A DNA stretch of 64,000 nt, from NCBI GenBank assembly GCA_013239625.1, contig MU056050.1, positions 6,835,838 to 6,899,837 on the forward strand, in the 5' to 3' direction. Made by a program: the position numbers and the translations under genes. Source of the stretch: Lama guanicoe (lineage: Eukaryota). Under the pieces are notes generated by a model. That model was given only the letters and a program-made list of their open reading frames with translations. It was not told the DNA's origin and did not search any database. Below, piece by piece: positions 13,600 to 28,080 of the stretch (positions within the stretch are counted from its first letter, which is position 1; every line of letters starts with the position of its first letter).

Positions 13600-16490
13600 A
13601 ACTGAGCTCCCCACCCTCCCAGACAGCTCATACGTAGAGACTGCTCACTCACCCACACTCCTCCCCATCACAAGGCCAGGAGATGGTGCTGGCTGCTGCT
13701 GGCTGCAGGTTACTCTTGTACCCTCTCATCCCCTCTAAGAGACATCAACCTATATCTCTATCAATCAGTGTCAACCAGCCTCCTCCTGGTCACGCCTCAT
13801 CCACTGAAGTCCTTGGCACCTGGATCATACTTTTCCCCTGAGTCACATGCAGAATTCTATCTCAGACTTGTACTTCCACCTTATATATCTCACTCTGTCA
13901 CCATTTTCCATCCTTCCAGTTTTCTCAGTCTCACTGTCACCTATACTTGCTTTTGATTTTCTCCATTTACCCAGCGGGCTGTTTCACTCCTAGTAATCTG
14001 GGCCTACAGTAGACCATTCACACTGTGCTTCTGCCAGCACCCCGAAGTCCGTTGCACCCTGCTCCTTCTGATGGTGAAGAGCTTGAGCTTTGGAGTCAGA
14101 GACGGGTTTTTGTCTCTGCTCCACTCATTACTAGCAATGAGACCATTCATTCGAGGCATATTTATTAAGCACCTAGTGTGTGCTGGGCACTGTGCTACAT
14201 GCTGGGGACATAATGTTTAGAAAAAGATACCTTTCTGCCTGCAGAGTGTAGTAGCCAAGACAGACAATTTAACAAGCACGACAATCAAGAGTGAGAAATC
14301 AAGAGCGAGAAATCCTCTGGTAAGGGCAGTGCAGACAGCACTAGAAACATATGACAGGTGCACCTAATCAAGCTTTCCAGGGGCAATGACATAAACTGAG
14401 TCTGGACGGGTGAGTAGCTTCTTTAGCCGCCTTTGATTTGTCCTGGGTAAGTGCCCTCTTCAATCCAACCCCTCGACTCAACTGTCAAGCCACTCACTCT
14501 CAGATAACCAACTGGTATCCTAGTTTATTGAAAAAATAAGCAAAGCCATTAATGTGATTTTCCTCAGCTTCCCGTAACAGTTCCCACCTCCTAACCTCTG
14601 AACAAAAACTTGACTTCCTTTCTTGTAGCTTCTGGGATGAGGTGGCCTTTCTGTTCTGTTTCTATGCCTGACCCCCAACCCTTCTTTTCACTCCCAGAAC
14701 ATTCCTGTATTAGTCACTCACTCACTCCCCACCTCTCTCTCCTGACATCTTAGACCCCAGCCCATTAACATGTTTAAGTCTGTACCATCCTAAATGCCCC
14801 ACCTTTGATTCTCTGTCCTCCTCAAGTTTCTGTCCAATGCCATCTCCGGTTTCTCATGTAAACTTCCTGAAAGAGTAGTTTATCCTCTTCTCTAACTCCA
14901 CGATGATATTTGAACAGCTAAACATAATGGGTCATTTTACAATTCTTTTCTTAGCAGCTTCTTTTGCTGCAGTAATACTATGAATCACATCCTCCTTCTT
15001 GAAACTCTCTCCAAGCTTGGCCCCTGCCTTGGGCTCCTGACATACTGCCCTTTCAAATTTTTCCTAGTCTCCTTTGTGGACACTTTTTCTTAAGCCTGTT
15101 TCCTAAAAGTTGGGTTCCCCAGGGTTCTATCCTTGCCTCACTCTTCTTCAGACGACTTCAGTTCTCTGCGGGAGGCCTCACCTGCTCTCGTGGTTTCAGC
15201 TCCTACATGTATGCAGATGATCCCCAAATCTCTACTGAGCCCAGACCCCTCCTCTGCACATTTAGTCATGTACCCAACTGCCCTCAGGACATCTCCACAC
15301 AGATTTCCACTTCATACTTAACAGTTGCAAACTAAATTTTATCTCTCCCTTAAACTAGATCTTCCTCTTGCCATGTCTCTCTCAGGTGGGGGTGTACCAC
15401 CATCTACCACAAGCTGGAAATTAGAAAGTCACTTTTGCATCCCCCACCCTCCTTGTGTTCCACCTTCAGTCAGTCACCATGCCCTGCCAAGTTGGCCTCC
15501 TAAGCATGCCTCCAGTCTGCTCCCCACTCTCCACCACCTTTCTGTTGGGAAGCTATACAATGTTGTTATTAAGAGCTTGGGTTCTGGAATCAGAATTCTC
15601 CAATCAGAAAGATCTGGGCTCAAATTCTATCTCCACCACTTATCAGCTATGTGATCTTGAGCAAGTTGCTTAACCTCTTTTTAATCTCACTTTCTCTATA
15701 AAATGGAAATAATGATAGTACTTACCTTGTAAGATTACTGTGAGGACAACATGATGTAATACAACGTAAAGCATTTTAAAACTGTGCTTATTACCCCTTT
15801 ATCATCATCCTCATCCTCACTACTACACTACTACATCATCACTACTACTGCCCTCATTTGGGCTCCCATCACCGCTCGTCTGGATGGTTATAATAGTCTT
15901 CAAAATGGTCTATCTCTAGTCTTGTTCCCCTGAGATCCATCTTCCTCACAGCCAACAGAGTGATTACTTATAATTCAACTCAACTGTTTCATATCCTTGT
16001 CTAAAACTCAACAGATCCTTGGTGACGATGGGATAAAACTCAAGCTCTTTCACACGACAGAGCTCTCCACGATCAGGTCCCTGTATAACTTATTGGTTTC
16101 ACCTCCTGCCACTCCTTAACTTGTACATTCTGCTGTATCAGTACCTCGCTGCTTGTGTTTCCCTGCACCAAACATGCTTTTTTCATACCCTTGTGCTTTC
16201 GCTTATGCTATTTGTTTTTACCTGAATGCTGAATGCTCTTCATTTTTCTCTAATCTGGTGAATGCCTCTTCATTCCATAAGTTTTCTCATTTTATAAGAC
16301 TGCCTTCTCCAGGAAGCCTTCCATGAAACCATCATTGTACTGGGCACACTTCCCAGTAATTCCCACAATGTACTGAATTTCTTTCTTACTCAAAATCTGT
16401 GTGTTGTGATTATTTGTTCATGTTTCTGTTAGTCCCTAGAGGGCAGGGCCTGTGTGTTATTTACACATAGGGAATACTTAATACATAATG
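13600..16490 (+). mobile_element. Fragmented, degenerate L2 region with nested MIR (15565-15790) and an opposite-strand L2 piece (14140-14410)
   Basis: Pyrimidine-rich L2-like motifs (tccttcttgaaactctct, ccttctccaggaagccttcc, gagggcagggcctgtg); MIR core gtgatcttgagcaagttgcttaacctc. Confidence 0.65.
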
Positions 16491-17060
16491 TCTTCTTACC
16501 AGCTTTTCCACAAACTCATATCGATCTTCTCTGCCTAACATTCCCTTATAGAAGTAGACCCATCCCTATCAAAGGTCAATGCCTCCCTCCACTTGTGCTC
16601 TGGATCCCATCTACTCTGGGCTTTGCTCCTTCTGATAATCCTTTCCTCTCTCTCCTGGAACACTGCCATTAGTTTACAAACACACTCTAGACCTCCTATT
16701 AACAAAAACAAAACAATACAACAGAACAAAACCCTCCCTAGACCCTAAATGCCCTCCAGAAACTGCCCCCAGTACTTAGGCACTCACCTTTGTAAAGTCT
16801 AATAATATTTTCCATGCTGATGTTATGCCTGAACTATTGTACTATCCTGAATAATATACATTTGTCAGTCCCCTATCATCAATAATCCCAAAGAAATAGT
16901 AGAGGGGAAAAACAGGAAGAAGAAGGGCAGAGGAGCAAATCAGGAGAAGGAACAGCTTCAGAGTCACGGTCTTCAATGATCTGACTTCCCTGGGAAAGGT
17001 TAGCTGGCGTGCTACACTAGGCTTATGAGTAGTGCTTCCTCCAGGAAGACACGCTAATTA

Positions 17061-17351
<291 letters not shown>

Positions 17352-17481
17352 CTATTACCGTCCACTGGAGCTTTAGTAAAATTGTTTCTGTCATGAAAAT
17401 CTTTTAGGACCATTTTCCAAAGTAAGCCTCCGAGGCCACTAAATCTTGGCCATGACTTACTTATACAGAGGTATTTTAGAC

Positions 17482-17694
17482 CAGCGAGTCTCAACCTGGG
17501 GGCAGTTTTGCCTCCCAGGGACATTTGACAATGTCTGGAGACATTTTTCACTGGAACAGCTTTGTGGGAGGGATGCTTCTGCTGTCTAGTAGGTAGTGGC
17601 CAGGGATGCTGTTAAACATCCTATAATGCACAGTCCAGCCTCCACAACAATTATCCAACCCTAAATGTCAGTAGTGCTGAGGTTGAGAAACCCT
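17482..17694 (+). mobile_element. MER20 hAT-Charlie element
   Basis: tctcaacctgggggcagttttgcctcccagggacatttgacaatgtctggagacatttt...gtgctgaggttgagaaaccctg. Confidence 0.9.
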
Positions 17695-18504
17695 GCTCTG
17701 GATTTAGGTTCATTTCAAAGTTAGAACAAGAGGAGTGTCCAAGGAGCTGGTATTCACACATCCACCCAAATGAGCTGTCCAGAATGGCACTGGTCAATGG
17801 ACAACTAGGTCTAGCCCCTGAGATGACTTTGCTTCAAACAGTAGACATTAAGTATGAAGTATTAATTAAGGGATGGGTAACATCAGTGGAAGTATGCATC
17901 TTGCTTGGGAAGAGAACATGATAATGGGGGTGAGGGAGGCAGGCAGATTTGTAAAATTTAGTCCAGTGTCAAAGGAATCCACTAATGAGAAAAAAATTGA
18001 TACCCAAAGAACATGGTACTGGAACCAGGAGATCCAAGGAGTTTTTTTTTTTTTAAAGGAAAAGGCTTCTGGACCTCTATTTCCAAGTCTCTCAAGCAAA
18101 CATTTTAATAAAGGAAGTTCTCCATTCTAGTGGTCCCTGCAATTCTGAATGCCTGCTAGGGTGTCAAAAAAAGTCCCATAGAACAGTGTCCTTTCTCTTT
18201 TCATTTGTTTTTGCTTTTATGGTACATGACTAGGCAAGTATAAAGAAGTGACAACACAGGCCGAGCTGCTCTTCACTGAAGTCTAACATAAAGGTCCTGG
18301 AAACAGGAGCATTAGTACTTTGGAGGCCAACATTACATCTTCACTTGTTGGTAGATCCGATTAACAGAATCCAGGACCACTACAGCCTGTTGCATCTGAG
18401 CTGTACCAAGTGTGTACTGCAGTGGACTCCAGTGTGCAGCCAAATCATCTATCCCATGCACTGAACGTGGTTCATGCAAAATCCGGACCCACTCCCTGTG
18501 CTTA

Positions 18505-18801
<297 letters not shown>

Positions 18802-18805
18802 TTAC

Positions 18806-18930
18806 CCTGGCCCCAGGATCCCGAGCCCGGATGGATCTGGCTGCAGCAAAAGCAGCAGTGCCTCCACCGATGAGTAGGAACGGAACATGACTTGGTACCT
18901 TGACTTGAGGAACTGGCTCTCCTTCTGGAG
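18806..18930 (-). CDS. AIFM1: AIFM1 exon 4 (FAD-binding LIGGGTAA motif)
   Basis: TTACAG|CT ... AGG|GTAAGG; 125 nt. Confidence 0.97.
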
Positions 18931-18994
18931 CTGTAAGCAAAAGACCAGACAGGGTGACTTTTTTAAAAGTCTCAGATGACTCCTTGCCACTATC

Positions 18995-19025
<31 letters not shown>

Positions 19026-19878
19026 CTTGCACTTGACTCAATCCTTTATATAAAAAGCTAGTAAACACTGCAGCTACATGAATCTTATCAAATTTCACAG
19101 CATTCAGATAGGACAGGAAAAGCAAGCATTTCTTTCATTTCACAAGTGAAAAATATCCAAAATAGAGGTGAATGATTTCGCCAATATCACTCATTAAGTC
19201 TCTCAGAACTAGAACCGATTAAATGTTTAGCTATTTCTAAAGTATATTAGAAAGTATACATTAGAAAGCTTCCATCCTTCCCATTAATTTCTTAATGACC
19301 AACAGGAAAATATCAAGTTCAGTTTCACCTTTTGTCAGCAGATGAAGTGGGGATTATTAAACAATGTTCAAGAATAAGAAGATGTTATGGAGGAAAGCAA
19401 TGGAAATCACCCACCCAGAGTTGTGAGGCTTATGAAAGGATTAGAACATTCCTCTCTGAAAAGTCAAGCCAGTGGTGTGGGATGGAAGTGATGGCTAGCA
19501 CTACATGCTTTAGGAAAACAAATATATCTTTAATAACTCGAAACTCCAAAAATTCAAAAGGAGAACAGAACAGACCAGAAGAACGCCCTCACTGAAAAAA
19601 AAAAGTCCTTCATCTCTTTTCCAATAATTTCCCTTGCCAGGCTTGCCTTTTTTATTTTAAGCTTGCCTTTTAAGAATCTAATAGAAAGAAAAACAACCAA
19701 TCATATCTACCACTAATTTTATTCTCGAACCCAAATTCCAGTCAAACACCGTAACAAACTGCTTCCATGTCTGGGATAATACCATAGTTTCTGGACGCTC
19801 ACAATTTTATAGCGTCATCGTGTCTACAAGACTGTTGATGACTTTCCCTTTACTTATTGAGTCTGAAATCATACTCAC

Positions 19879-19978
19879 CAGATGATGTGACCCTTTTCTG
19901 TTTCTCTTCTGGTGTCAACCCTAACCCTGAAATTCTTTCATTGTATCTTTTCTTGTCATCTTTTATTGTCTTGTAGGC
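19879..19978 (-). CDS. AIFM1: AIFM1 exon 3 ([33 protein letters not shown])
   Basis: ACAG|GCC ... TCTG|GTGAGT; 100 nt; not in the ORF track, translated by hand. Confidence 0.96.
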
Positions 19979-22732
19979 CTGTAGACCCAAAGATAGAGAA
20001 AATTTATTTCATCATACAGCTAGCTAGCTCATACAATAAGTAACATTCATTATCGTTCAATTAAATGAGAAGCTTTTGTCTACATGAGATAAGTTCTTCT
20101 ATGTTAGAATCACTAAGGTACAATTATTTTCTTGAGAAAAAAAATACTGAGTGTGTACACACTTGGTGTGGAAAGAATACAGGTAAGCAGATGAAAGTGT
20201 TCCAGTTTCAGATTTCCTTAGGCTCTACGTGAAGAATTTTCCTCATAGTTAATTCTGAAGGTACAGCTAAAGAAAAAAGAAAAACATTTTTATACTAGAA
20301 GAATAAAGTGCTAGGAAGAGCTAAACTTTATAAAAGGGGTTTTGGACGATGCTGGATACTAGCTGTGAAACCAATCTATATGGTCCTAGGTAGGAAGCTG
20401 GGACATAAGTTTTCCTGGTAGATGTCCCAAGTTTCGCTGCGTACTCAGATGATGCCCTGAAGCATGACCGCCGGTGTCCTAGAGAAACAGAGTAACTGTC
20501 TTTCCCTCGATGGCCTACCCTTTCATGACACGCCAATATTTATTAAGGGTCACGCATGTCACTTAAACACCTATTGTATTTCAAATATACTATTTTCTCT
20601 ATCCTTTCAAATTGAAGGGTACCTTACCATTGACTAGTTTTTTTTAAAAAAAACATACAGCATCAGAATTTATTGAAGATTTAAAAAAAAAAACAGTAGG
20701 CAAGAATGACTTGTTTTAATTAAAGTTTTGCTCTTTTGTACCCCATATGGTCAACAAGACAGGAATTCATTTAAGCAACTGTATGTCAGTTGAAATCCCA
20801 GATTATTAACTAATTGGAGGAAAAGGTAAGGACAATCAGAGGCATAAAAACATGTTCTAAGAATTTTCTATAAGTCCCTTACAGAGTAGCCCACTAGGCA
20901 ATGTGCTGCAATAAGGAACCTGGACCCTCAGACCTGAGCCTGACATTTATCAGCCTGGAAACATCTAACATATGATAAAAATGGACTGGAAAACTAAGTA
21001 CTGTATGTTAAAAGACAATGGTTATTCTGTTAATTCAGCAGTAAATTAATCAAATCCTTGAATTCAACTAACATTAATTTCAGGAAGAAAGTTTTTATCT
21101 TGGCATCAGATGCTATACACAAGTCCAGCATTTATGTATTCCTTAAAAAATATTTATTTTAAGAAAGGGACTTTTACCTAAAAAGATGGCTTAAGCTGGT
21201 CAACATGAGTGAACAGAGAAATAAGCTGAGGTCAGTGTCACACTGAGAGGGATATCCAAAATTAGCCTAGGCCCTCTCACACCTCCTAATGGCTTTGCAC
21301 ACAAGGGGAAGAGCAGACCAATAAATATCTTGAGGTTTAGTGGGGAAAGAACAAGAGGTTTGTCATATATATATATTTATATATTTAACTTTTAAGTTAA
21401 TGTCCTGATATAAAAATAAGTTTAAACAAACTTACTAAATAAAAATTTACCTTTCCCCCACGTGTCTCTGTCTTCCCAGTTTGCAGATTTCCAGTTAGTG
21501 ACATGAATACATGTCAGGTTAAGAAAAACTACAAATTTATGACATATGTTAGCAGATAACTTTTGTAAAGGCCACTATGGCTCTGCTCACTGACAAATCT
21601 CAGCCACCTCAGAGGATGTCTTAAATGATTCAAAACCTAATATAAAACAACACAAAATAGTTTGATAACAGTTATCGGTAGACAAAAGCTTATCATTTAA
21701 CCTAAAACCACTATAATATAGCAGCTTTATTATTACCAGTGTTGGATAAACAGAGAGGTAAATGAGGCATTTAACTGAATGGCTTGAGAGGAACTTGTGC
21801 TTCGCAGACATTTCTAAGGCAGGAGAAAGCAACAGTGACTGGCCTTGTCTCGTGGCCTGGCATCAAGAGCTTCACCTGGCCAGATCTGTGGAGGCCATCC
21901 AACTCTGGTACAGCAATATAAACCAGAGGTTTAAGAGGTTTCAATTGTTACAAACATATCAAATGCAAACACTTCAAATCTATTTCTGAATGAATGGGGT
22001 GGAACTGATGGTAAAACTTGAGGGAGCTATGAAATGGAAAAGTTAAGGTTTAGAGGGTAGTATCTGAATTATGAATGAGAGGAATTTAAGAAAGCAATCT
22101 ATACGAATGCGTTAGCTTGCACCACTTCAGCCACTAGTTTGACCAAATTACAGATTACAAAAGGGACACTGCCAAATGAATTTACTTGAAATAGAGGCTG
22201 GGGGTGAGTGGGGAGAACACTGCAATTTCTATGGCTTTTTGGACCTCCTCAGAAGCATTCAGTAAAATGCCTTTTCATGATAAAAGTAGGGTTAATTTAT
22301 TGTTTCCCACAAAAACACAAAAATTACATTTTACCTAAAATAATTCAAAATGGATGGTGTTCAAGTTACCTTTACTTGCTTATTCAATGTTTACTCTTTG
22401 AGACTGTCTTGTTAGGTATGCAGCACTAAAGCACAATATAACGTAGCATCATAAAAAAGAAGTATGAAGTTGGCAAAAGTTTCAAAGAAAGGGTTGATGA
22501 TGAGGATTTATAATAATCATTAAATGTATGGCTTTAGATATATCTGGTAAGAATTCAACAGTTTGAAGAATGAGACTTGAGAACTCCCTAGTGACTGACA
22601 ATGTCCCTTTAATAAATACCTAGAAAGCACATGCTGTGAATATTTCATCATATTCTAATGGATCAAGTTTTCATTAGTGCCATGGTCTCACCCACCCTAC
22701 CCCAAAATATATTTTAGTGTTAAGTATCTTAC

Positions 22733-22863
22733 ATAATAAACTCCTGCCCCAGTGATTGTTGCTCCTACAATTAAGAAGTATACTAGGCTGCTGCCATCTT
22801 TCCCAGAAGCACCTGTAGACGCTAGTGATCTAGAAGGGGATCCTAGGTGATGACACTGCACAA
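22733..22863 (-). CDS. AIFM1: AIFM1 alternative exon 2b (VVQCHHLGSPSRSLASTGASGKDGSSLVYFLIVGATITGAGVYY; AIF2 isoform)
   Basis: Long pyrimidine tract then ACAG|TT, donor TAT|GTAAGA; 131 nt, same phases as exon 2a and paralogous to it. Confidence 0.93.
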
Positions 22864-24015
22864 CTGTAGGTAAAGATAAGGCCAAGAAAGAAACAAAGGG
22901 AAATAGAAAAAGCACTAAGTATTAATGAAGAAACATTCAACACAAAGGCAGGGAACATTTTTGGTTACCCTGTGCTCAGAAAGAAAAAAAATGTTGCTCC
23001 AGGATTGGAGGAGAATATATATTTTTCAAAGTCTGTTACCAGACAGAGCTTACCTATTTCTTACTCTGATTTGACTCACAACTGGCAAGAGTTGTTTACT
23101 TTTCTTGTGCATTTGGGAGTTAGGTCAGGGAATGATGATCTAGGTAACTTCAAATAATTTTCATGTCCCCCCCTACTCCACTTTTTTTAAGCCTAGTGAT
23201 CAAGGAACAAAGAAAAGGTCATCATCTTACCAACGTAGAGAGAACTAAAATTGTAGTGTCGTCCAACCACTTGCTCTCAGTAAGTAAAACAAACAGCTTT
23301 CTTCAATCAAGGGTGTTACTAGGTGTTATCTAAGTTGGTTCACTCAACCTTACATGATCCAACTTCAGCCTGATCTGCTTAGTCACAGCAAACCTTGCCA
23401 AGTTAAAAAAAACTCCCACAGAATAATTCCTCTGTGACCAACTAAGCTGATCAGAGTTCATTTAAGGAGATATTATTGTATTAATACCATATAGCGGTTA
23501 AAACCATGTTTTTCACCTCATACAAACTCCATCCTACAATTAGAGATACTAGGCCTACTTCTATAATTTAGTCTTTGGGTGAGATTCAGGGGTAGTTTTC
23601 TTTTCAGGAATGCTTAATATTTTGGATTGAAGGTTGTTGTTTTAAAATGTTTATTAGCCCAAGCTAAGGAAAAATAAAATATCTGACAAATGGGTCAAAA
23701 TCAAATATTGTGCTAAGGGGCTGCAATGAATTTTGACCTTATTCACAGGTTAGTGTGTCACATCCAACGGAAAGGGTACAATTTTGTGGATTAGTCAAAT
23801 CTAAGAAAATGCAGTGGCTTTCAAGTAAAGAGCAAAAAGACAAGTGAAAAGAGCAAAGATAATCAACGTGAGATTAAATTTCAGCCATTCTCAAATTAGC
23901 TCTCATAGGATATTTGACAGTAGGCACTTTAAGGAAGGCTTTTTGGAAATTCTTCCAAAAGGAGAAAGGGGAATTAGTTGTAAAAGTCTTAAGTAGAGTA
24001 GTACTGAGTCTATTA

Positions 24016-24255
<240 letters not shown>

Positions 24256-25062
24256 TTAATACATGTTTATGACTAAACGTTAACGCATTGTACAAGTAAA
24301 GACTTAACTGCCCATTGGGCTGCGTGATACTCACTGTTGAATGACCAAGAAAAAAATCATCAAAACTGTTCACACAAATACAACAGATATCAGAATGTAC
24401 ACTCTTTCAAGTTGTTAGAATGTTTTTAAGAGTACAATTTAATGCTGTCCAGGGAGGAATTTATAGCTTCCAGGAAAGATAATGAAAACCATATGGGCAG
24501 TTCATCAAATACCTCTCTCTTCACATCTTCACCATAAATGAAGTAAACACGGAGAGGTGACCGAATAGATAGATATAACAAGTTAACTACAGGCTACCTG
24601 GGACACTCTAATGATCACTTAAGGAGTAATCTAAATGGCTGGCTCAAACTTTGCACAAAATAATAAACTCCTGCAACACAATCTAACTAGTTCAGTCTTG
24701 TGTGAAAGGCAATACATCCTGGAAGACAGAAATGGTAAAGCTCAGAAGAAAATCAGAAAAAAAATTTAGGTGAATTTATCTTCCCCAAAGGCCTGAAGAT
24801 TGTGAAATATTTTTTAAATGACAAAATTTAAAATATCCACCAACTACTTGGCTCTTAGTCCTCCCAAATAATACACAGATTATGTTGATGTAAAAACTCT
24901 GTACAGCTATATAACGATCTGATGATTATAACAACGCTCACATACAGAAATGTAAGTGTTTCACAGACTTTCATCCTGGAGGATACTGGCATTTTCAGAT
25001 AAACGAAGGTTTCAGTACCTTCTCTGCTTGTGATATTCCTCGTGTTTACTACTGACCTAGAA

Positions 25063-25384
25063 CAGGGGTTTGCAAACCTTTTCTGTAAGGAATCAGATAG
25101 CAAATACTTTCAGCTTTGCAGGTCAGTCTCTGCTGCAACTGCTCAATTCTGCTGATGATGCAAAAAAACAGCCACAACATATAAATGAATGGGCGTGACT
25201 GTGTCCCAATAAAACTTTACTAACAGACACTGAAATGTGAATTTTAAATAATTTTCATGTGTCAAAAAAAAGTCTATTAAAATTTTTTTTCTCAGCCATC
25301 TAAAAAATGTAAAAACCAATTTTAGCTTGAGGGGCATACAAAAGCATGTGGGTTTGGCCTGTGGGCTGTAGCTTGCCTATCCTG
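25063..25384 (+). mobile_element. MER58B-type hAT-Charlie MITE
   Basis: caggggtttgcaaaccttttctgtaagg...gtgtcccaataaaacttta...gtagcttgcctatcctg; 8-bp flanks acctagaa/atctagaa. Confidence 0.85.
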
Positions 25385-25392
25385 ATCTAGAA

Positions 25393-25572
25393 CAGTGGTC
25401 CTCAAACCTGAGTGTGCATGAGGATCCCGTGGAGGGTTTGTTAAAACACGATGGCCAGACCTACCCCCAGAGTTTCTTAATCAGAGGATCTGGGATGGGG
25501 CTCCAGAATATGAATTCCTACCAAGCTTCCAGGTGATGCTGAGGCTGCCAATCTGCACTTTGAGAACCGCTG
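25393..25572 (+). mobile_element. MER5A hAT-Charlie MITE
   Basis: cagtggtcctcaaac...ccaggtgatgctgaggctgc...cactttgagaaccgctg; flanks atctagaa/atctacaa. Confidence 0.85.
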
Positions 25573-25747
25573 ATCTACAAGCAAGGAGATATGTTCCTGG
25601 TCTGACCAAGTTTTAAAAGACAAACAGAATGGTGTTGCTAAGCCATTCCATATGTACCTGCAGAGATTAGAAACAGGGAGCTTTCCCCCTTGCTTTCACG
25701 ATGCTTTCACAATTACAGGGCACAGAGGGGTAAAAACATATCCAATA

Positions 25748-26045
25748 CAGGCCTGCAGTCTCTTACCTGAAATCCTTGGGAACACGTGCATTCCAGAACT
25801 TAGAATTGTTAGGGTTTAAGTATATAGTGCATAAACCATATAGTAAGTAACACCCAGCACAGTAATGAGCAACTACCCAGTCACACACATTGTTTCTATG
25901 ACCAATCACATTCAGTGGAATAAACAAAAGAGTCTAAATAGCTCCTCTCCAGCTCAGGTCAGGTTTTACTAACAAATGAGTTACAAAAACTTGATTTTTA
26001 GTCCTATTCTGATTTCTGAATTATAGATAAGAGACTATAGACCCA
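25748..26045. mobile_element. TcMar-Tigger-type MITE relic
   Basis: TA-flanked, imperfect terminal inverted repeats caggcctgcagtctcttacct / agataagagactatagaccca. Confidence 0.55.
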
Positions 26046-26963
26046 TACTCTTAGAATTGAAAATGTACTTTTTTCCTAGTGTTTTTATTTCTTACCTGCT
26101 TTAGAATCCTTCCTCACCACATGAAATAAAATGGTGGAAACAACAAATATGTGGAAACAACAAATCATGAAAATAAAAACATGTGCAAGGGTGGAGAAGC
26201 TCATCTCAATCTGGGCAAGCTTTTGATTTTTAGAAGTCCATAAAAATGATGAAGCATCAGAAACAGAACCTGACAACTTGCAGAGCTTAGAAAATGAAAC
26301 TGGGTAGAAAAAGCTCCACATGGTTAAATTTAGTACGGCAAATTTAGTTTTGTCCTGTACCTCCACCCCAAGTTTGTTCACTGAAAATAAATGCTTTTTA
26401 AATTGTTTATCCCTCTAAAAGATCCTAAATTGAGAAATCATAACAACTTTGATTTAATATAATAATTTAATATAATATTCTGCTTTTGCTTGCCTTCCAC
26501 AAACTAATAAAACTAAAGTGTAAATCTGGGTTAGTTCTACAGTTTTTCCTCAATTTGCAAAAGAAAAAGGACATTTAGAAGTACATTGATTTTTTTAAAA
26601 GGTAAACTGGTTCATATTTAAACTATTGCTTGAAAATAAATATACTACAATACTATCATTAACAAACCAACTTTTTACATACCTACATAGTGAATTTAAT
26701 TTGTAAAAGGTGGTAAGTATTGTATGGATGTTTATATTTTCTCTTACCTACAAAATTATTCCCACATCTTTCCCCTCATAGCTTCAAAATTTTTGCAAAT
26801 TTTACATTATGACTGAAACATGCCTTTTCACTTGTTTTACTAAAATGGGAAAGCCAACTTACTCCTTGACTTTTCCTTGTACCAATCTACTTGTTTTAGA
26901 TTTTCTGCAGTCAGACCACACATACAGCAGTGCTTTCTTCCTCACATTTAAGATTCAATTCTT

Positions 26964-27141
26964 TTTTAAAAATGTTAATACATTTATATACAATAAGACT
27001 GCCATTTTAGTGATAATTAGAACCTCTATCATGTCATATAATTGTCATTTGTTTTTAGTGGTTGGAATAATTAAGATGTAGTCTCTTAGCAAGTCTGATA
27101 TTATAATACAATATTGTTATCCATATTCATTATACTGTCCA
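26964..27141 (-). mobile_element. 5'-truncated L1 3'-end insertion with target-site duplication
   Basis: TSD aagattcaattctt (26950-26963) / aagattcaatcctt (27142-27155); L1MA-like tail ttaagatgtagtctcttagcaa. Confidence 0.7.
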
Positions 27142-27922
27142 AAGATTCAATCCTTGTAGGTGTTTGCTCAATAAATATTTCTTGAATTAATGAATAAAAT
27201 AAGGAAATACAAATTCTTCCCAGTTCTACTGATAAGGGCTGAACATTTTGAAGAATTCTTTGCAAAGAAGTTTTAGCCAGATCCCATTTATTACAGGTTG
27301 CTTAATAATAAATTAGTAACCTCCACTACCAGACTAGCATTAGAATAGCACCTAAATCAGCAAATTCATTTCTGTAGATTTCATAATGTTTTTCCACACT
27401 CCCAGAAGGCCTTTTCCAGAAATACATCCGCACAATTGAGGCACTGAGGAATCTCAAATTGTTAAGAGGTCTATATGCTCTTGAGTCATGTTTTCTGAAT
27501 GTCAAACTGATTTTTCTGACACGGATAAAACACAAGATGGGACAAGCCTGCGTGATCTGTCCATTGTAGTTAGGTGCCTCTTGTGTGAACTACTCTGAAG
27601 AAAGGCACCAGAAGAAAAATTATTTCAATGACAGAAAAATCTAACTCTATTCTGCAAAGTTAAGTCCTTCAGAGTACTAGGGTTCAGTCACTGAGAATTT
27701 ACCACGTACCAGAGACTATACAAAATGCTTAAGACACAAAAAATAAATAGGACATAACCCCTGTCCTTGGGTAGTGTGTAGTTTAGGAGGGGAGAATGGC
27801 CACTATTATTCTGAATATCAGAAAATGGGCTTGATATAAATCACCAGATTCAAGGTTGCTCAGTTTGTTTTTTTAATCCTTAGGTCAGTGGAACAGAGGG
27901 AAAAGTCATTATTCATTCAGAA

Positions 27923-28080
27923 CAGTAGTTTCCAAACTTGTGTGATTATATGAATTACATCAAAAGGCTTGTTAAATATAAATAAAAATTCCCAAGGCTC
28001 TCTCCTGGAGATTCTCATTCAGTAAATCTGGGGTTGGCCATCCACTCAATTTATATGACCAGGCAGGTTTTGGAAACATG
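27923..28080. mobile_element. MER5B-like hAT MITE
   Basis: cagtagtttccaaact...ctggagattctcattcagtaaatctgggg...ggttttggaaacatg; flanks attcagaa/atctagaa. Confidence 0.65.

Noticed and set aside
17731..17752. RE1/REST-like motif GTGTCCAAGGAGCTGG (and a half-site near 31098)
   Set aside because: Three mismatches in the core consensus; too weak to call.
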